Notes: generated by a model not told the origin, from the letters alone. Shown: positions 8,966-19,030, counted from the stretch's first letter. The stretch: DNA of 43,153 nucleotides from Opitutaceae bacterium (GCA_031425115.1 JANPIT010000213.1:1-43153), one strand, 5' to 3'. A program made the numbers and translations.

Positions 8966-9193
8966 TTAACCGTCCCGTAACATGTTTCGGGATACGGCGC
9001 AGGGTTTCGCATGCTCGGCCCGCTCGAACACCTCCAGCTCCGCGCGGAGCCACAGCCGGCGGTCGGTGTCACGGTCCGCGTGGCGGCGACGCGCCAGTTC
9101 GTCGGCGCGACGCGCCACGCGGAGTTGGAGCTCGGCCAGTGCGCCCGGCACATGGGCCGAAACGGGCTCCGCCAACAGTTCGAGAGAGGTCAT
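8966..9193 (-). CDS. Small protein, DUF2934-like
   Basis: 75 aa. 'LRVARRADELARRR...DRRLWLRAELEV' fits the I..RAYEL...DW..AE pattern of DUF2934. ATG start. Confidence 0.6.
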   Translation of the reverse strand: MTSLELLAEPVSAHVPGALAELQLRVARRADELARRRHADRDTDRRLWLRAELEVFERAEHAKPCAVSRNMLRDG

Positions 9194-9316
9194 GGCTGGG
9201 AGTGGTCGAGGGAGTGCGGAGCGGTGCCGGAACCACGACGCTTGGCGTCGGACCGGACCGTGGCAACGCGGCTACCGTTACTTCCGGGCAACGATCCGCG
9301 GCAAAACCGCCGCTCT

Positions 9317-9354
9317 GTGACGATCGTGTGGCGACCCGGTAACAAATCGGCAAC
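9317..9354. promoter_or_regulatory. Four-unit 11-bp-phased array in a divergent promoter region
   Basis: GTGAC(9317), GTGGC(9328), GTAAC(9339), GCAAC(9350). There is also a GTTAC(9277)/GCAAC(9288) pair. Confidence 0.6.
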
Positions 9355-9438
9355 CGGCAGCTGTCGGCGTTGACCCGCCCGGAGCACGCGCGTTGGCCTG
9401 TGCCGGCCTTTTCACCGCAGTATTCAGCGTTCCATGAC

Positions 9439-12246
9439 ATGCACTTGAAACCATCTTCCCTCCGTCGCGCCAGCTATGGCTTCGTGGCCGGCGCCCTGCT
9501 CTTTCTGTTCGGCCATGTCCTGCACGCCCAGGGCACGGGCACGATTAGCGGGCGCGTCACAGATGCGCAGACCAAGCTCGCGCTCAGCGGCGCGCGTGTG
9601 ACGGTCAGCGGAACGTCCTTGCAGACGTTTGCCGACCAAGGCGGCGACTACGCGCTCTTCAACGTGCCGGTGGGCCCGCAGGCGCTGGAGTTCGCCTACG
9701 TGGGTTATCCCGAGGCGCGGCAAGCGGTCACGGTGACGACCGCAGGGACGACCACGCTGAACTACGCTTTCGGCTCCGGGGTCGTGAGCATGGAGAAATT
9801 TGTGATTGAGGGCACCGCCGTTGGCTCAGCCCGTGCCATCAACCAGCAGCGTGCAGCCGACACGCTCACCAACATGATTGCGGCCGACGACATCGGCCGC
9901 TTCCCCGACCAGAACGCCGCGGAGTCCATGCAGCGCATCCCGGGCGTCGCGCTCTACCGCGACCAGGGCGAGGGCCGCTTCATCGTGGTGCGCGGCATCC
10001 GCCCCGATTTGAACACGGTGCAGCTTAACGGCGTCAGCGTCGCGACACCCGACCGCGGCAACCGCACGCTGCCGCTCGATGTGCTCCCCTCCGATGCGCT
10101 CGGCGCCGTCGAGATCGCCAAGGTCGCCACGCCCGACAAAGAAATGGACGGGCTCGGCGGCCGCGTGGATCTCAAGACCCGCAGTGCGTTCGACCTGAGT
10201 CAGCGCCAGCTTCAATTCTCCGCCCAAGGCCAGTATAACGATCTGCGCGACCGCCTCAGCAGCAAGTTCAACGGCACCTACGCCGACCTATATAATGATG
10301 GAACGGTCGGCGTGATCTTTTCGCCCACCTGGCAGAACCGCCGCATGGGGTCGGACAACTTCGAGGTCGGCGGGGCGTGGACGCTTCGCCCCGTGCCCGG
10401 CGCGCCGGGCCAGACGGCGTTTTTCAACAACGACATCAACTACCGCGCCTACGACCTCACGCGCACGCGTTATGGCGCGAACGGCGCGATCGAGTTCAAG
10501 CCAGACCGCGAGTCGCTCTTTTTCGTGCGCGGCCTCTACTCCCGTTTCCAAGACAGCGAGATCCGCCAGATCACCACGATCCCATTCTCCGAGGGCACGC
10601 TCACCGCGCTCACGCCCAACAGCGCGACCGTGACCGAGGTGCGCCGCGAGGCGAAGCAACTGCGCGTGCGGTCCAAGATTCAGGATCTCTACAACGTGAG
10701 CGGCGGTGCCGACCTGACGCGGGGCAACTGGCAATTCGACGGCCGCGCCGCCTACAGCGAGGGCCAGGAAGAACGCCCCGAGGCGTCGACGATCTTCCGC
10801 AAATCCACCCGGGGCACGAGTTGGTCCTATTCGTTCGCAAACGGCATCTACAGCCCCGTCGTGACCCAGCTCGGCGGCAATCCGATCAGCGACCCGGCGT
10901 CGTTCAATGAATTCAACCGCCTCCGCAATTCGCCCGCCACGGGATCGGAGACCGAGTTCAACATCGGCGCCAATGCCCGCAACAACTTCACCCTCGCCGG
11001 CGCGCGGCCCGCGTTTGTGAAGTTCGGCGCTCAACTGCGCATGAAGGAGAAGAAGCAGGAGGTCGAACAGTTGAACTACGCCGCGCTCCCCAGCTACACC
11101 TTCGCCGCGCTGGCCGAACCGCAGACTGCCTCCGACTACGGATTTCTCACCGGTCCGCGTCTCAGCGCAGCCACGTTTACCCGGACGTTCATCGACAACA
11201 AGGGTGCCTTTGTCGCCACGCGCGACGTCATCACCAGTTTGCAGTCCGACTGGACCAGCCACGAGGATATCTCCGCGCTCTACGCGATCGGTGGCGTCAC
11301 CCTCGATCGGATCAATCTCTCCGCCGGGGCGCGCTTTGAACGCACGGAGTTCGAAACCAAGGGCAACAGTATCAAGACTACTGGGACGATAATCACTGCG
11401 ACGCCGGCCACTCGCAGCCGCGACTATGACAACTTCCTGCCCGGAGTATATTTCACCTACAACCTGTCCCGCAAAACCGTCGTGCGCGCGGCTTGGAGCA
11501 ACACCCTCTCGCGCCCCGTCTACGCCCAGTCCTCGCTTTCCCGCAGCGTCAACGACGACGCTCGGCTCGTCACCGAGAGCAATCCCAACTTGAAGCCGCT
11601 GACCTCGACAAACTGGGACGCCTCGATCGAGCACTACTTTGCCTCGCTCGGCTCCATCTCGGCCTCGGTTTTCAAAAAAGAGATCAAGAACTTCACCTAC
11701 CAGCGCACCGTCCCTGGCGCCGATGCCGCCACCGGCTACGATCTGAGCACGTTCGTCAATGGCAACCAGGGCAAGATCACCGGGCTCGAGCTCGCCTACC
11801 AGCAGCAGTTCAACTTCCTGCCCGCGCCCTTCGACGGTCTCGGCTTTCTCGCCAACTACACCCTCAGCAAGTCGTCCGCCACGTTCCCTTCGCGCCCCGG
11901 TGAAAAGCTCGCGTTCATCGGCCAATCGAAACGCATCGGCAACGTCGCACTCACCTACGAGAAAAACGGTTTCTTCATCCGCGCCGCGCTCAACTTCCGT
12001 TCGCCCCGTCTCCGCGAAGACGAGCCGCTCGGCGCCAGCGCCGCCGAAGACCGTTACGTGGATTACTTCGCGCAACTCGATTTCACCGCGAGCTACAAGA
12101 TCACGCGCAACTGGGAGGTGTTCGGTGAAGTCCTCAACGCGAACAACGCTCCGTTCCGCGTGCATTTCTCTGAGAGCAACGGCCGCTTCATCCAGTTCGA
12201 GGAATACGGAATCTCGGCGAACTTTGGTGTCCGCTGGAAACTGTAA
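9439..12246 (+). CDS. TonB-dependent receptor (Xanthomonas/Caulobacter-like type with N-terminal carboxypeptidase-regulatory-like domain)
   Basis: Signal peptide ending LHA-Q. Plug 'DDIGRFPDQNAAESMQRIPGV..RDQGEGRFIVVRG' and barrel motifs NPNLKP and GLELAYQQ. Ends GVRWKL. Confidence 0.93.
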   Translation: MHLKPSSLRRASYGFVAGALLFLFGHVLHAQGTGTISGRVTDAQTKLALSGARVTVSGTSLQTFADQGGDYALFNVPVGPQALEFAYVGYPEARQAVTVTTAGTTTLNYAFGSGVVSMEKFVIEGTAVGSARAINQQRAADTLTNMIAADDIGRFPDQNAAESMQRIPGVALYRDQGEGRFIVVRGIRPDLNTVQLNGVSVATPDRGNRTLPLDVLPSDALGAVEIAKVATPDKEMDGLGGRVDLKTRSAFDLSQRQLQFSAQGQYNDLRDRLSSKFNGTYADLYNDGTVGVIFSPTWQNRRMGSDNFEVGGAWTLRPVPGAPGQTAFFNNDINYRAYDLTRTRYGANGAIEFKPDRESLFFVRGLYSRFQDSEIRQITTIPFSEGTLTALTPNSATVTEVRREAKQLRVRSKIQDLYNVSGGADLTRGNWQFDGRAAYSEGQEERPEASTIFRKSTRGTSWSYSFANGIYSPVVTQLGGNPISDPASFNEFNRLRNSPATGSETEFNIGANARNNFTLAGARPAFVKFGAQLRMKEKKQEVEQLNYAALPSYTFAALAEPQTASDYGFLTGPRLSAATFTRTFIDNKGAFVATRDVITSLQSDWTSHEDISALYAIGGVTLDRINLSAGARFERTEFETKGNSIKTTGTIITATPATRSRDYDNFLPGVYFTYNLSRKTVVRAAWSNTLSRPVYAQSSLSRSVNDDARLVTESNPNLKPLTSTNWDASIEHYFASLGSISASVFKKEIKNFTYQRTVPGADAATGYDLSTFVNGNQGKITGLELAYQQQFNFLPAPFDGLGFLANYTLSKSSATFPSRPGEKLAFIGQSKRIGNVALTYEKNGFFIRAALNFRSPRLREDEPLGASAAEDRYVDYFAQLDFTASYKITRNWEVFGEVLNANNAPFRVHFSESNGRFIQFEEYGISANFGVRWKL

Positions 12247-12274
12247 CGGCGCCACTTCGCGCTGAACACTAGAC

Positions 12275-12303
12275 GGCCGGCTCGCTTGAGCCGGCCTTTT
12301 TTT
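12275..12303 (+). terminator. Rho-independent terminator
   Basis: GGCCGGCTC-GCTT-GAGCCGGCC followed by T7. Confidence 0.9.
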
Positions 12304-12320
12304 GTGCGCGCGCGCCGGCG

Positions 12321-13928
12321 TCAGCCAGCTCGCACGCCCGCGAGCGTCGCCAGTTCATCCGCGATGGCCCGATCACTACAGCAGCGCGGCATTTTACTCT
12401 GGCCGCCCCATTTGCCGTGCAGGCGCATCCAGTGCTCGAACGTCCCCGGCGCCACCATCCGCACGGCGGGCAGCTCGAGCCCACCGCCTTTGCGCTTCGC
12501 CTCGTAGTCGTCGTTCGCAAGTTGCAGTTCGCGGTCGAGCGAGAGTGCCAGCAAATGCGTTTCAGGGGCCGACGGCGGTAGTCCTTTCAACTCGATCCAC
12601 CATTCGTGCCGGCCGCGGGTATCCGTCGGCACCCCCCCGGCGAACTTCGGCGCGACGTGGAAATTCGCGACCGTGAGTGCGCGCCGCGTCGCGACGGTGG
12701 TGAGCGCGTCCGTCAGCTCCTTCTCAATCACGTGCTCGCCAAACGCGCTGAGCTGGAGCCGGGTGCGGCCGACGTAGACGAGCCGCGGCGGCTGCGTGGA
12801 GACGAAGCGCACGACGTCGCCAATCACGTAGCGACACAAGCCCGCGGGAGTCGTCATCAGCAGCACGTAGTCGACGCCCGGCTGCACCGCGGCGAGAGAC
12901 ACCGCTTCCGCGCCCAGCTCCGGCAGGCGTGTTTCATCGAAGCGCGCGAGCGGCAGGAACTCGTAGAAAATTCCCGCCTCCGCGAGGAGCCGGAGTCCGG
13001 CCGCCGGTTCGTCATCCTGCGCCGCGATAAATCCCTCCGAAGCCGGATACACTTCGTGGAATTTCACCCCCTCGCCCACGGCCGCGCGCAATTCCCCCGC
13101 AAAGGGCCCGAGCGGCACGCCGCCATGCACCAGACACTCGAGCTGCGGCCAGATCGCCGTCAGCGGCTTCCACCCGGTTTGCACGCGCATTTCCTCGGCG
13201 AGGATCAGCAGCCAGCTCGGAATACCGGCGAGCAGCGTAATGTTGCGCCGCGCCGTCCGCGCCGCGATCGCCCGCAATTTGGTCGGCCAGTCGCCGAGCT
13301 GCGCGATCTCGCGGCCCGGTTCGTAGAGATGTTTTTCCACCCAGCCCGGCAGATTGAGCGCGGCAATCCCACTTAGGTCGCCGCCCCAAGCCCGGAACGG
13401 ATGCGCTTCGGCGATGGGCGCCAGCGCCGTCGATCCGCCGAGAAAAAGATGCCGGCCCCGGAACACCCGGGCGCAGCCCGTGCGGCGCGCGTAGAGGCAC
13501 AGCGACTCGAGTCCGGCCTGGCGGAAATGCCCCAGCATCGCGCGCGTGATCGGCAGATATTTGGTGCGCCCAGCCGTCGTGCCCGAGGAGACCGCGTAGT
13601 GCGCACAGCGCCCCGGCCACAGCACGTTGGCCTCACCGCGTTTCATCCGCTCGATCCACGGCACGAATGCTTCGTAGCCTCGCAGCGGCACGCGGCGCCG
13701 AAACTCCTCGTAAGGCAGACCCGGCTCGATCCCCTGCTCGCGACCATAGTGCGTCACCGCGAAACGCCGCATCAGTGACCGCCAGGTGTGCTCCTGCGCT
13801 CGTTGCGCTCCATCGGCGCGCGCGAGGCGCCGTCCCAACCGGGCCGTCTGCACCGCCGCACCCAGGGCCACGGCCTGTTGCAGCCACGGCGTGCGCACCA
13901 GCCGTCGTTCGCGGAGCTCGGGGCTCAT
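12321..13928 (-). CDS. GH3 auxin-responsive-promoter family protein (acyl-acid amido synthetase-like, ANL adenylating fold)
   Basis: Motifs FRRRVPLRGYE, SSGTTAGRTKYLPIT, EVYPASEGF, YEFLP, GLCRYVIGDVVRF, GRT...FGEHV and GGQSKMPR. Start MSPELRE at 13928 overlaps the hydrolase stop (ATGA). Confidence 0.9.
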   Translation of the reverse strand: MSPELRERRLVRTPWLQQAVALGAAVQTARLGRRLARADGAQRAQEHTWRSLMRRFAVTHYGREQGIEPGLPYEEFRRRVPLRGYEAFVPWIERMKRGEANVLWPGRCAHYAVSSGTTAGRTKYLPITRAMLGHFRQAGLESLCLYARRTGCARVFRGRHLFLGGSTALAPIAEAHPFRAWGGDLSGIAALNLPGWVEKHLYEPGREIAQLGDWPTKLRAIAARTARRNITLLAGIPSWLLILAEEMRVQTGWKPLTAIWPQLECLVHGGVPLGPFAGELRAAVGEGVKFHEVYPASEGFIAAQDDEPAAGLRLLAEAGIFYEFLPLARFDETRLPELGAEAVSLAAVQPGVDYVLLMTTPAGLCRYVIGDVVRFVSTQPPRLVYVGRTRLQLSAFGEHVIEKELTDALTTVATRRALTVANFHVAPKFAGGVPTDTRGRHEWWIELKGLPPSAPETHLLALSLDRELQLANDDYEAKRKGGGLELPAVRMVAPGTFEHWMRLHGKWGGQSKMPRCCSDRAIADELATLAGVRAG

Positions 13929-15037
13929 GCGGCGAGCGGCAACTGCGGCGCGCGCAACCGCGCATAGAACGCCTGCAACGGCGGCAGAAACTCGAACACG
14001 TGAAAAATCAACGACGCATGCTGGACGGGAGCATCGCCCGCCCGCGCCGCGACTTCCCGCACATCGCCCTGGGGAAAATACGCGCGATGCGCGTGCTTGA
14101 ACGCGAAGAGCGACGGTGCCTTTGCATCGAGCACTGCATCTTCCCGCTCCGCGAACAACACCAGCGCCGGCACCTTCACCAGCGGCAGAAGTCCGGGCAG
14201 AAAATAATCCGTTGGCGCTTTCATCGTCAGCATCGCCTGCATCCGCTCGCACGCGCCCACCGCCGAGATGCTGCGAATCGTGCTCATCACGCTACCCCGC
14301 AGCCGCTCCAGCTCCTCCGCCGTCATGAGCCGCCGCAGAGCCGCCTTGTTCTGCGCGCCCGCCTCGAACATTCGGGTGAAGATGGTGCGCGACCGCTCGA
14401 TCGCGGCTTCATTCGGCGGCGCCTTCGGATCGAGGTAGGGCTTTACCGCGCGACCGAGCAGCGTCGCGGGTTTCACCGCGTCAGGTGCAATCACGTCCGC
14501 CACGCACGCCACCGGACTCACGATGATCACTCCGGCGAGCGCTGGCTCGTTCCCGGCCAGCCGACGCCGCCGGAGCCACTCCAGCAAAAGTCCGGCCCCG
14601 AAGCTCACGCCGAACACGACCGGCCGCTGGTTTATCGCCGCCAGCTCGGCGACCAGGTCGTCGAGCTGCGCACAGAACAAGTCGAGTGAGAATCCGTCTC
14701 TCGGATACAGGACCGAGTAGATGTCGCCCGCCTGGAGGAAAAACCGCCGGAGCAGGAAAACCTGGTCAGAGGAATCCGGCACGAAGCCCCCCAGCACGAT
14801 CGTGGGCACCCGGCCCCGGCCCGTTTCGCGCAGCACCGTGGCGCGATGCAGCGCGGTCGCCGCACCGCATTCGATCACATATTTCTGACGGGCGGCTCGC
14901 GTCGGCTCGAAGGCCGCGACGCGGGGCTTGCGGAAGCGCGCTTCAGTCGTGCGGACAAAGGTGTGCCACGGCCGAAGCGGCGTCGCATGTAGCATCGAAT
15001 ACCACGACAGGGCGGGAGCGAAACTGGAAACTGGCAT
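13925..15037 (-). CDS. Alpha/beta-hydrolase-fold protein (lipase/acyltransferase-like)
   Basis: Oxyanion-like IVLGGF, nucleophile elbow GVSFG, IIVSP, acid in LFAEREDAVL and His in VQHASL. Start is 15037 or 14995. Confidence 0.8.
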   Translation of the reverse strand: MPVSSFAPALSWYSMLHATPLRPWHTFVRTTEARFRKPRVAAFEPTRAARQKYVIECGAATALHRATVLRETGRGRVPTIVLGGFVPDSSDQVFLLRRFFLQAGDIYSVLYPRDGFSLDLFCAQLDDLVAELAAINQRPVVFGVSFGAGLLLEWLRRRRLAGNEPALAGVIIVSPVACVADVIAPDAVKPATLLGRAVKPYLDPKAPPNEAAIERSRTIFTRMFEAGAQNKAALRRLMTAEELERLRGSVMSTIRSISAVGACERMQAMLTMKAPTDYFLPGLLPLVKVPALVLFAEREDAVLDAKAPSLFAFKHAHRAYFPQGDVREVAARAGDAPVQHASLIFHVFEFLPPLQAFYARLRAPQLPLAA

Positions 15038-15219
15038 TGCAGCGACGCCATGCGTCCACCGCCGCTTCACAACAGCAATGACGGGCCGTCGCCGAAAAAT
15101 TGCCCGGGCGAAACGCGCGCGTAACACAGCGGGCCAAGTGCGCGGTTTTAGCCCCGATTATTCCGCGCCTTCCGACCGCGCGGACTACCCGGAACAACGC
15201 GACACCCATGTGGGGAGGC

Positions 15220-15885
15220 CTACGCGGTGAAATACCGCTCACGCGCGCGCACTTGCACAAGGCTGCGCCCCGGCAGCACGCACGCGGTCAGCGCGCCGCC
15301 CATCGCACACGCCGTGTCGATCCCCAGCGTCCATTTCGTGCGCTGCGGTTCATCGCGCGGCGTGTGGCCGTAAACGACAAACGGCGGACCGTTCCAGAGT
15401 TCAGACCAGTGGGGCGCGTCGGGGAAGTCGGCCCGCTTGTGCGGCTCGCCATCCGCAGTGACAACCTGGATACGCGTGACCACCCGCGCGGGTTGGCCCC
15501 GCCACGGCTGATTGGGCAGAAAGCCCCCGTGCACCAGCACCGTCGCCTGGCCATCGACCCGCGCGGTCAACGGCATGGCCTCGAGATACGCCCACTCTTT
15601 CGGCCCGAGTTGCTTCAACGTGTCGTAATCGGATCGTTTCAGATGCGTCGGATCGCCCGTGCGGCGATAATTCAGGAGGCGCAGTTCGTGATTACCGAGC
15701 AGCGAACGATGCGCGTGCTGCCGCGCCAGGGCGATCACCCGCGCACTTTCCGGGCCACGATTAATCAGATCTCCCAGGAGGATGATCCGGTCATGACGCG
15801 TGGGCGCGAGCTTCTCCAACAAAGCCTCGAGCTCCCACGCGCAACCGTGGACGTCCCCGATCGCAATGACTCGTCCGTCCCTCAT
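15220..15885 (-). CDS. PPP-family metallophosphoesterase (ApaH/PrpE/Ppn2-like)
   Basis: Motifs [24 protein letters not shown] and IDTAC. ATGA overlap with the ppk1 stop. Confidence 0.9.
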   Translation of the reverse strand: MRDGRVIAIGDVHGCAWELEALLEKLAPTRHDRIILLGDLINRGPESARVIALARQHAHRSLLGNHELRLLNYRRTGDPTHLKRSDYDTLKQLGPKEWAYLEAMPLTARVDGQATVLVHGGFLPNQPWRGQPARVVTRIQVVTADGEPHKRADFPDAPHWSELWNGPPFVVYGHTPRDEPQRTKWTLGIDTACAMGGALTACVLPGRSLVQVRARERYFTA

Positions 15886-18092
15886 GCCGCCGGCGGAGGC
15901 GGAGCGCTGGCGGGCGGCGTCGCGGCGGGCGGGGGCGCGACGGTGACGGCACCCGTGGTCGCGGCATTGGCCCGCAATCCCGCGGCGGCCATGAAATATT
16001 TCTGCGCCCGGAAGCTCTCCTCCCCTGCGGCGCGCACCGGCGCCACGTAGGTCCCATCCGGCCGCAGTTCATGCGCGTCCTCGTTGTCGCGCAGCTCGAT
16101 GGGCAGGAGGTCGTGCAAGATACGCCGGCGCAGATCGGGATCCTCGACCGGAAAGAGCGCTTCCACCCGGCGGAAGAAATTCCGCGGCATCCAGTCGGCG
16201 CTGCCGCAATAGACGAGCGGCTGGCCGCCGTTTTCGAAGTGAAAGATGCGTGCGTGCTCGAGAAAGCGGCCGACGATATTCCGCAGCCGGATGTTTTCGC
16301 TGAGCCCCTTCACCCCCGGGAGCAGGCAACAGGTGGCGCGCACGATGAGGTCGATCTTCACGCCCGCCTGCGAGGCCGCGTAAAGATTTTCGATCGTCAC
16401 CGGGTCGACGAGCTTGTTCATCTTCGCGATGATCCGCGCGGGCTTCCCCGCCGCTGCGTTCGCCGCCTCCGCGGCAATCAGCTCTTGCGTGCGACTGTGC
16501 AGATTGAAGGGCGCAACGAGCAGATGATGAAACTCGGGCGTGCGGCCGAGACCCGTGAGCGTGTTGAAAAGCTGCGCGACTTCCGCCGCGAGGTTTTCGC
16601 GGCACGTGAGCAAACTGATGTCGGTGTAAAGCCGCGCCGTCTTCGGATTATAGTTTCCCGTGCCGAGGTGGACGTAGCGGCGCAGTTCGCTGCCTTCACG
16701 CCGGACCACGAGGCAGCACTTGCAGTGGGTCTTGTGCCCGACGAGACCGTAGACGACGTGCACGCCCGCTTCCTCGAGCTCGCGCGCCCATTTGATGTTA
16801 TTGGCCTCGTCGAAGCGTGCCATCAGCTCGACCAACGCCGTTACCTGTTTGCCCGCGAGTGACGCATCGATCAAGGCCCGCACGACCGGCGAATCGCCGC
16901 TGGTGCGATAAAGCGTTTGCTTGATCGCGAGCACGTTCGGATCACGTGCCGCTTGATCGACAAACTCCACCACGGGGGTGAACGACTCGTAGGGATGATG
17001 CAGCAGGATGTCGCGCTCGCGGATCAGCTCGAACATCTTTTTCGGCCCGAGCGGGCCCGTCGGGTCGGCGGGCACGTAAGGCGGATATTTCAGGTCGGGC
17101 CGGTCGATCATCTCATAGAGACTCATCAGCCGGAATAGATTGAGCGGGCCCTTCAGCTTGATCGCGTTCTCCGCCGGAAGCGCGAGGTGCCGGCACAGCT
17201 CCACCAGCAAGCCGTTGTCCACGCCCTCTTCGATTTCGAGCCGCACCGCGGCGCCACGCCGCAGGTTGCGCAGCTCGTCCTCGATTTTCTTGAGCAGGTT
17301 TTCGGATTCCTCTTCGTCGATATAGAGATCGCTGTTGCGCGTAACACGAAACGCATGCGCATCCTGCACTTCGTAGCCGGGAAAAAGCCGGCCGGCGCAC
17401 AACTTGATAATCTCGCTGAGGAACATGTAGCGGCGAGCTCCCTCTCCGTCGGGCGTGATCGGCACGATGCGCGGCAGGCTGCGCGGCACCGGCAGGATGA
17501 TCATCAACTTTTCCTGGCCGGGCGTCTCCGGGTGATCCAACGAGACGAGCACATTCAACGTCTTGTTGCCCAGCAACGGAAACGGATGCGCCTGATCCAC
17601 CGCCAGCGGCGTGAGCACGGGCAGCACTTGCGCTTCGAAATACCGCCGCACCCACGTGCGCTCTTTCTCGTCCAATTGGCTCGCGGTGCGAAACTGGATG
17701 CCCGCTTCAGCGAGCGGCGGCACGATCTCCTTGTGCCAGCAAGCGTATTGATCCGCGACGAGGACGCCGACGGCCTTGTGGATGCGCCGCAGTTGCTCGC
17801 GCGGCGTCAGGCCGTCGAGGGTGAGTCCGCTCGATTCCGAGTCGGCCTGCTGCATGATGCCGGCAACCCGAATCTCGAAAAATTCATCGAGGTTGGAGCT
17901 GACGATCGCGAGAAATTTGACGCGCTCGAGCAGTGGATTGGTGGCGTTGCGCGCCTGCTCCAACACCCGCCGGTTGAACGCGAGCCAACTCTGTTCGCGA
18001 TTGCCGAAGACGGCGGGTTTGCCCGAGGGCACTGTCGTCCCCATGGAACCGGACGGAGCAGGACTGCGTTTCTTGGAGCGGCTGACGGGCAT
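15882..18092 (-). CDS. ppk1: Polyphosphate kinase 1
   Basis: Motifs [37 protein letters not shown] (phospho-His), [35 protein letters not shown] and SADWMPRN. Start is 18092 or 18044. Confidence 0.97.
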   Translation of the reverse strand: MPVSRSKKRSPAPSGSMGTTVPSGKPAVFGNREQSWLAFNRRVLEQARNATNPLLERVKFLAIVSSNLDEFFEIRVAGIMQQADSESSGLTLDGLTPREQLRRIHKAVGVLVADQYACWHKEIVPPLAEAGIQFRTASQLDEKERTWVRRYFEAQVLPVLTPLAVDQAHPFPLLGNKTLNVLVSLDHPETPGQEKLMIILPVPRSLPRIVPITPDGEGARRYMFLSEIIKLCAGRLFPGYEVQDAHAFRVTRNSDLYIDEEESENLLKKIEDELRNLRRGAAVRLEIEEGVDNGLLVELCRHLALPAENAIKLKGPLNLFRLMSLYEMIDRPDLKYPPYVPADPTGPLGPKKMFELIRERDILLHHPYESFTPVVEFVDQAARDPNVLAIKQTLYRTSGDSPVVRALIDASLAGKQVTALVELMARFDEANNIKWARELEEAGVHVVYGLVGHKTHCKCCLVVRREGSELRRYVHLGTGNYNPKTARLYTDISLLTCRENLAAEVAQLFNTLTGLGRTPEFHHLLVAPFNLHSRTQELIAAEAANAAAGKPARIIAKMNKLVDPVTIENLYAASQAGVKIDLIVRATCCLLPGVKGLSENIRLRNIVGRFLEHARIFHFENGGQPLVYCGSADWMPRNFFRRVEALFPVEDPDLRRRILHDLLPIELRDNEDAHELRPDGTYVAPVRAAGEESFRAQKYFMAAAGLRANAATTGAVTVAPPPAATPPASAPPPPAA

Positions 18093-18145
18093 AAAGTGGT
18101 GCGACGGTGCGAGGTGCGTGCAGCTCTGACGAGCCGCCAAACATA

Positions 18146-18163
18146 CTGTAACGAGATTGTCAC
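18146..18163. promoter_or_regulatory. Pho-box-like site upstream of ppk1
   Basis: CTGTAACGAGATTGTCAC, with GTAAC(18148) and GTCAC(18159) 11 bp apart. This is close to the E. coli Pho box CTGTCATA(A/T)A(T/A)CTGTCA(C/T). Confidence 0.65.
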
Positions 18164-18226
18164 CCGGTGTTCGTCAAGGTTGCACCTCCATTCGCTCCAC
18201 CACGAGGGTGCGTTGCCCGACAGCAT

Positions 18227-19030
18227 TCAGACTTCCACGCTCTCCGTCGCCAATTCGGTCACCGTGGGATCCTCCCCCATCGGATACTCCCGCAGAAAAT
18301 CCACGAACTCGATCAACTCGAAACGACCATCCCAATGCTCGACGATCGCCGTCAATGACTCGACCCAGTCGCCCGAGTTGAGGTAATGCACGTCGCCAAT
18401 CATCTTGTTCGCCGCCGTATGGATGTGGCCGCACATTACGCCCGAGCAACCGCGTTTCCGCGCCAGCGCCGAAATGTGTTCTTCAAAATTGGAAATGTGG
18501 CTGACCGCTTCTTTGACGCGCGCCTTGATCGCCTTGCTCAGCGACCAGTATTCCTTGCCGCGCCAGGCGCGCCACGCGTTATAGGCGCGGTTCAACTGCA
18601 GCAGTGCGCGATAGCCCCAGTCGCCGAGGTGCGCGAGGAACACGAAATTCTTCGTGACCGTGTCGAAAATATCGCCGTGCAGCACCAGGTAACGGGCCTG
18701 CACGCCCTCGTGAATGTGATCCTCGACGACACTCAGGTTTTCGAAATCGAGCGGGAGAAAACTCGCGAGGACGTCATCGTGATTGCCGCGCAGATACACC
18801 ACATGCGTGTCGCGCTTCTCGAGTTTTTTCAGAACGATTCGGATGAAGCGCGTGTGTGCCTTGGTCCACTGACCGCCGCGCCGCAGTTGCCAGCCATCGA
18901 TGATATCGCCGTTGAGGATCAACTTGGAGCAACGGACGTGACGCAGAAAGTGATTCACCTCGTTCACTTTCGATTCCGAGGTGCCGAGATGCACGTCGGA
19001 GATGATGACGGTGCGGACGTTGAGCTTCAT
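18227..19030 (-). CDS. LpxH-like metallophosphoesterase; probable PlcP-type phospholipase C
   Basis: Motifs RTVIISDVHLGT, LNGDIIDGW, YLRGNHDD, LHGDIFD, YWSLSKAIK, CGHIH and YLNSGDWVESLTAIVE match the PlcP-type branch. It lies downstream of glycolipid synthases. Confidence 0.85.
   Translation of the reverse strand: MKLNVRTVIISDVHLGTSESKVNEVNHFLRHVRCSKLILNGDIIDGWQLRRGGQWTKAHTRFIRIVLKKLEKRDTHVVYLRGNHDDVLASFLPLDFENLSVVEDHIHEGVQARYLVLHGDIFDTVTKNFVFLAHLGDWGYRALLQLNRAYNAWRAWRGKEYWSLSKAIKARVKEAVSHISNFEEHISALARKRGCSGVMCGHIHTAANKMIGDVHYLNSGDWVESLTAIVEHWDGRFELIEFVDFLREYPMGEDPTVTELATESVEV

Noticed and set aside
10288-12255. 655-aa minus-strand ORF, and similar long antisense ORFs such as 3533-4447, 17187-18386, 20201-21565, 25947-27149 and 29604-30578
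   Set aside because: These are shadow frames opposite well-supported genes in high-GC DNA and have no recognisable motifs.
13929-14252. N-terminal extension of the GH3 ORF (likewise 20154-20441 for the DAG kinase)
   Set aside because: These extensions overlap the upstream genes. The coupled ATGA starts give normal-length proteins.
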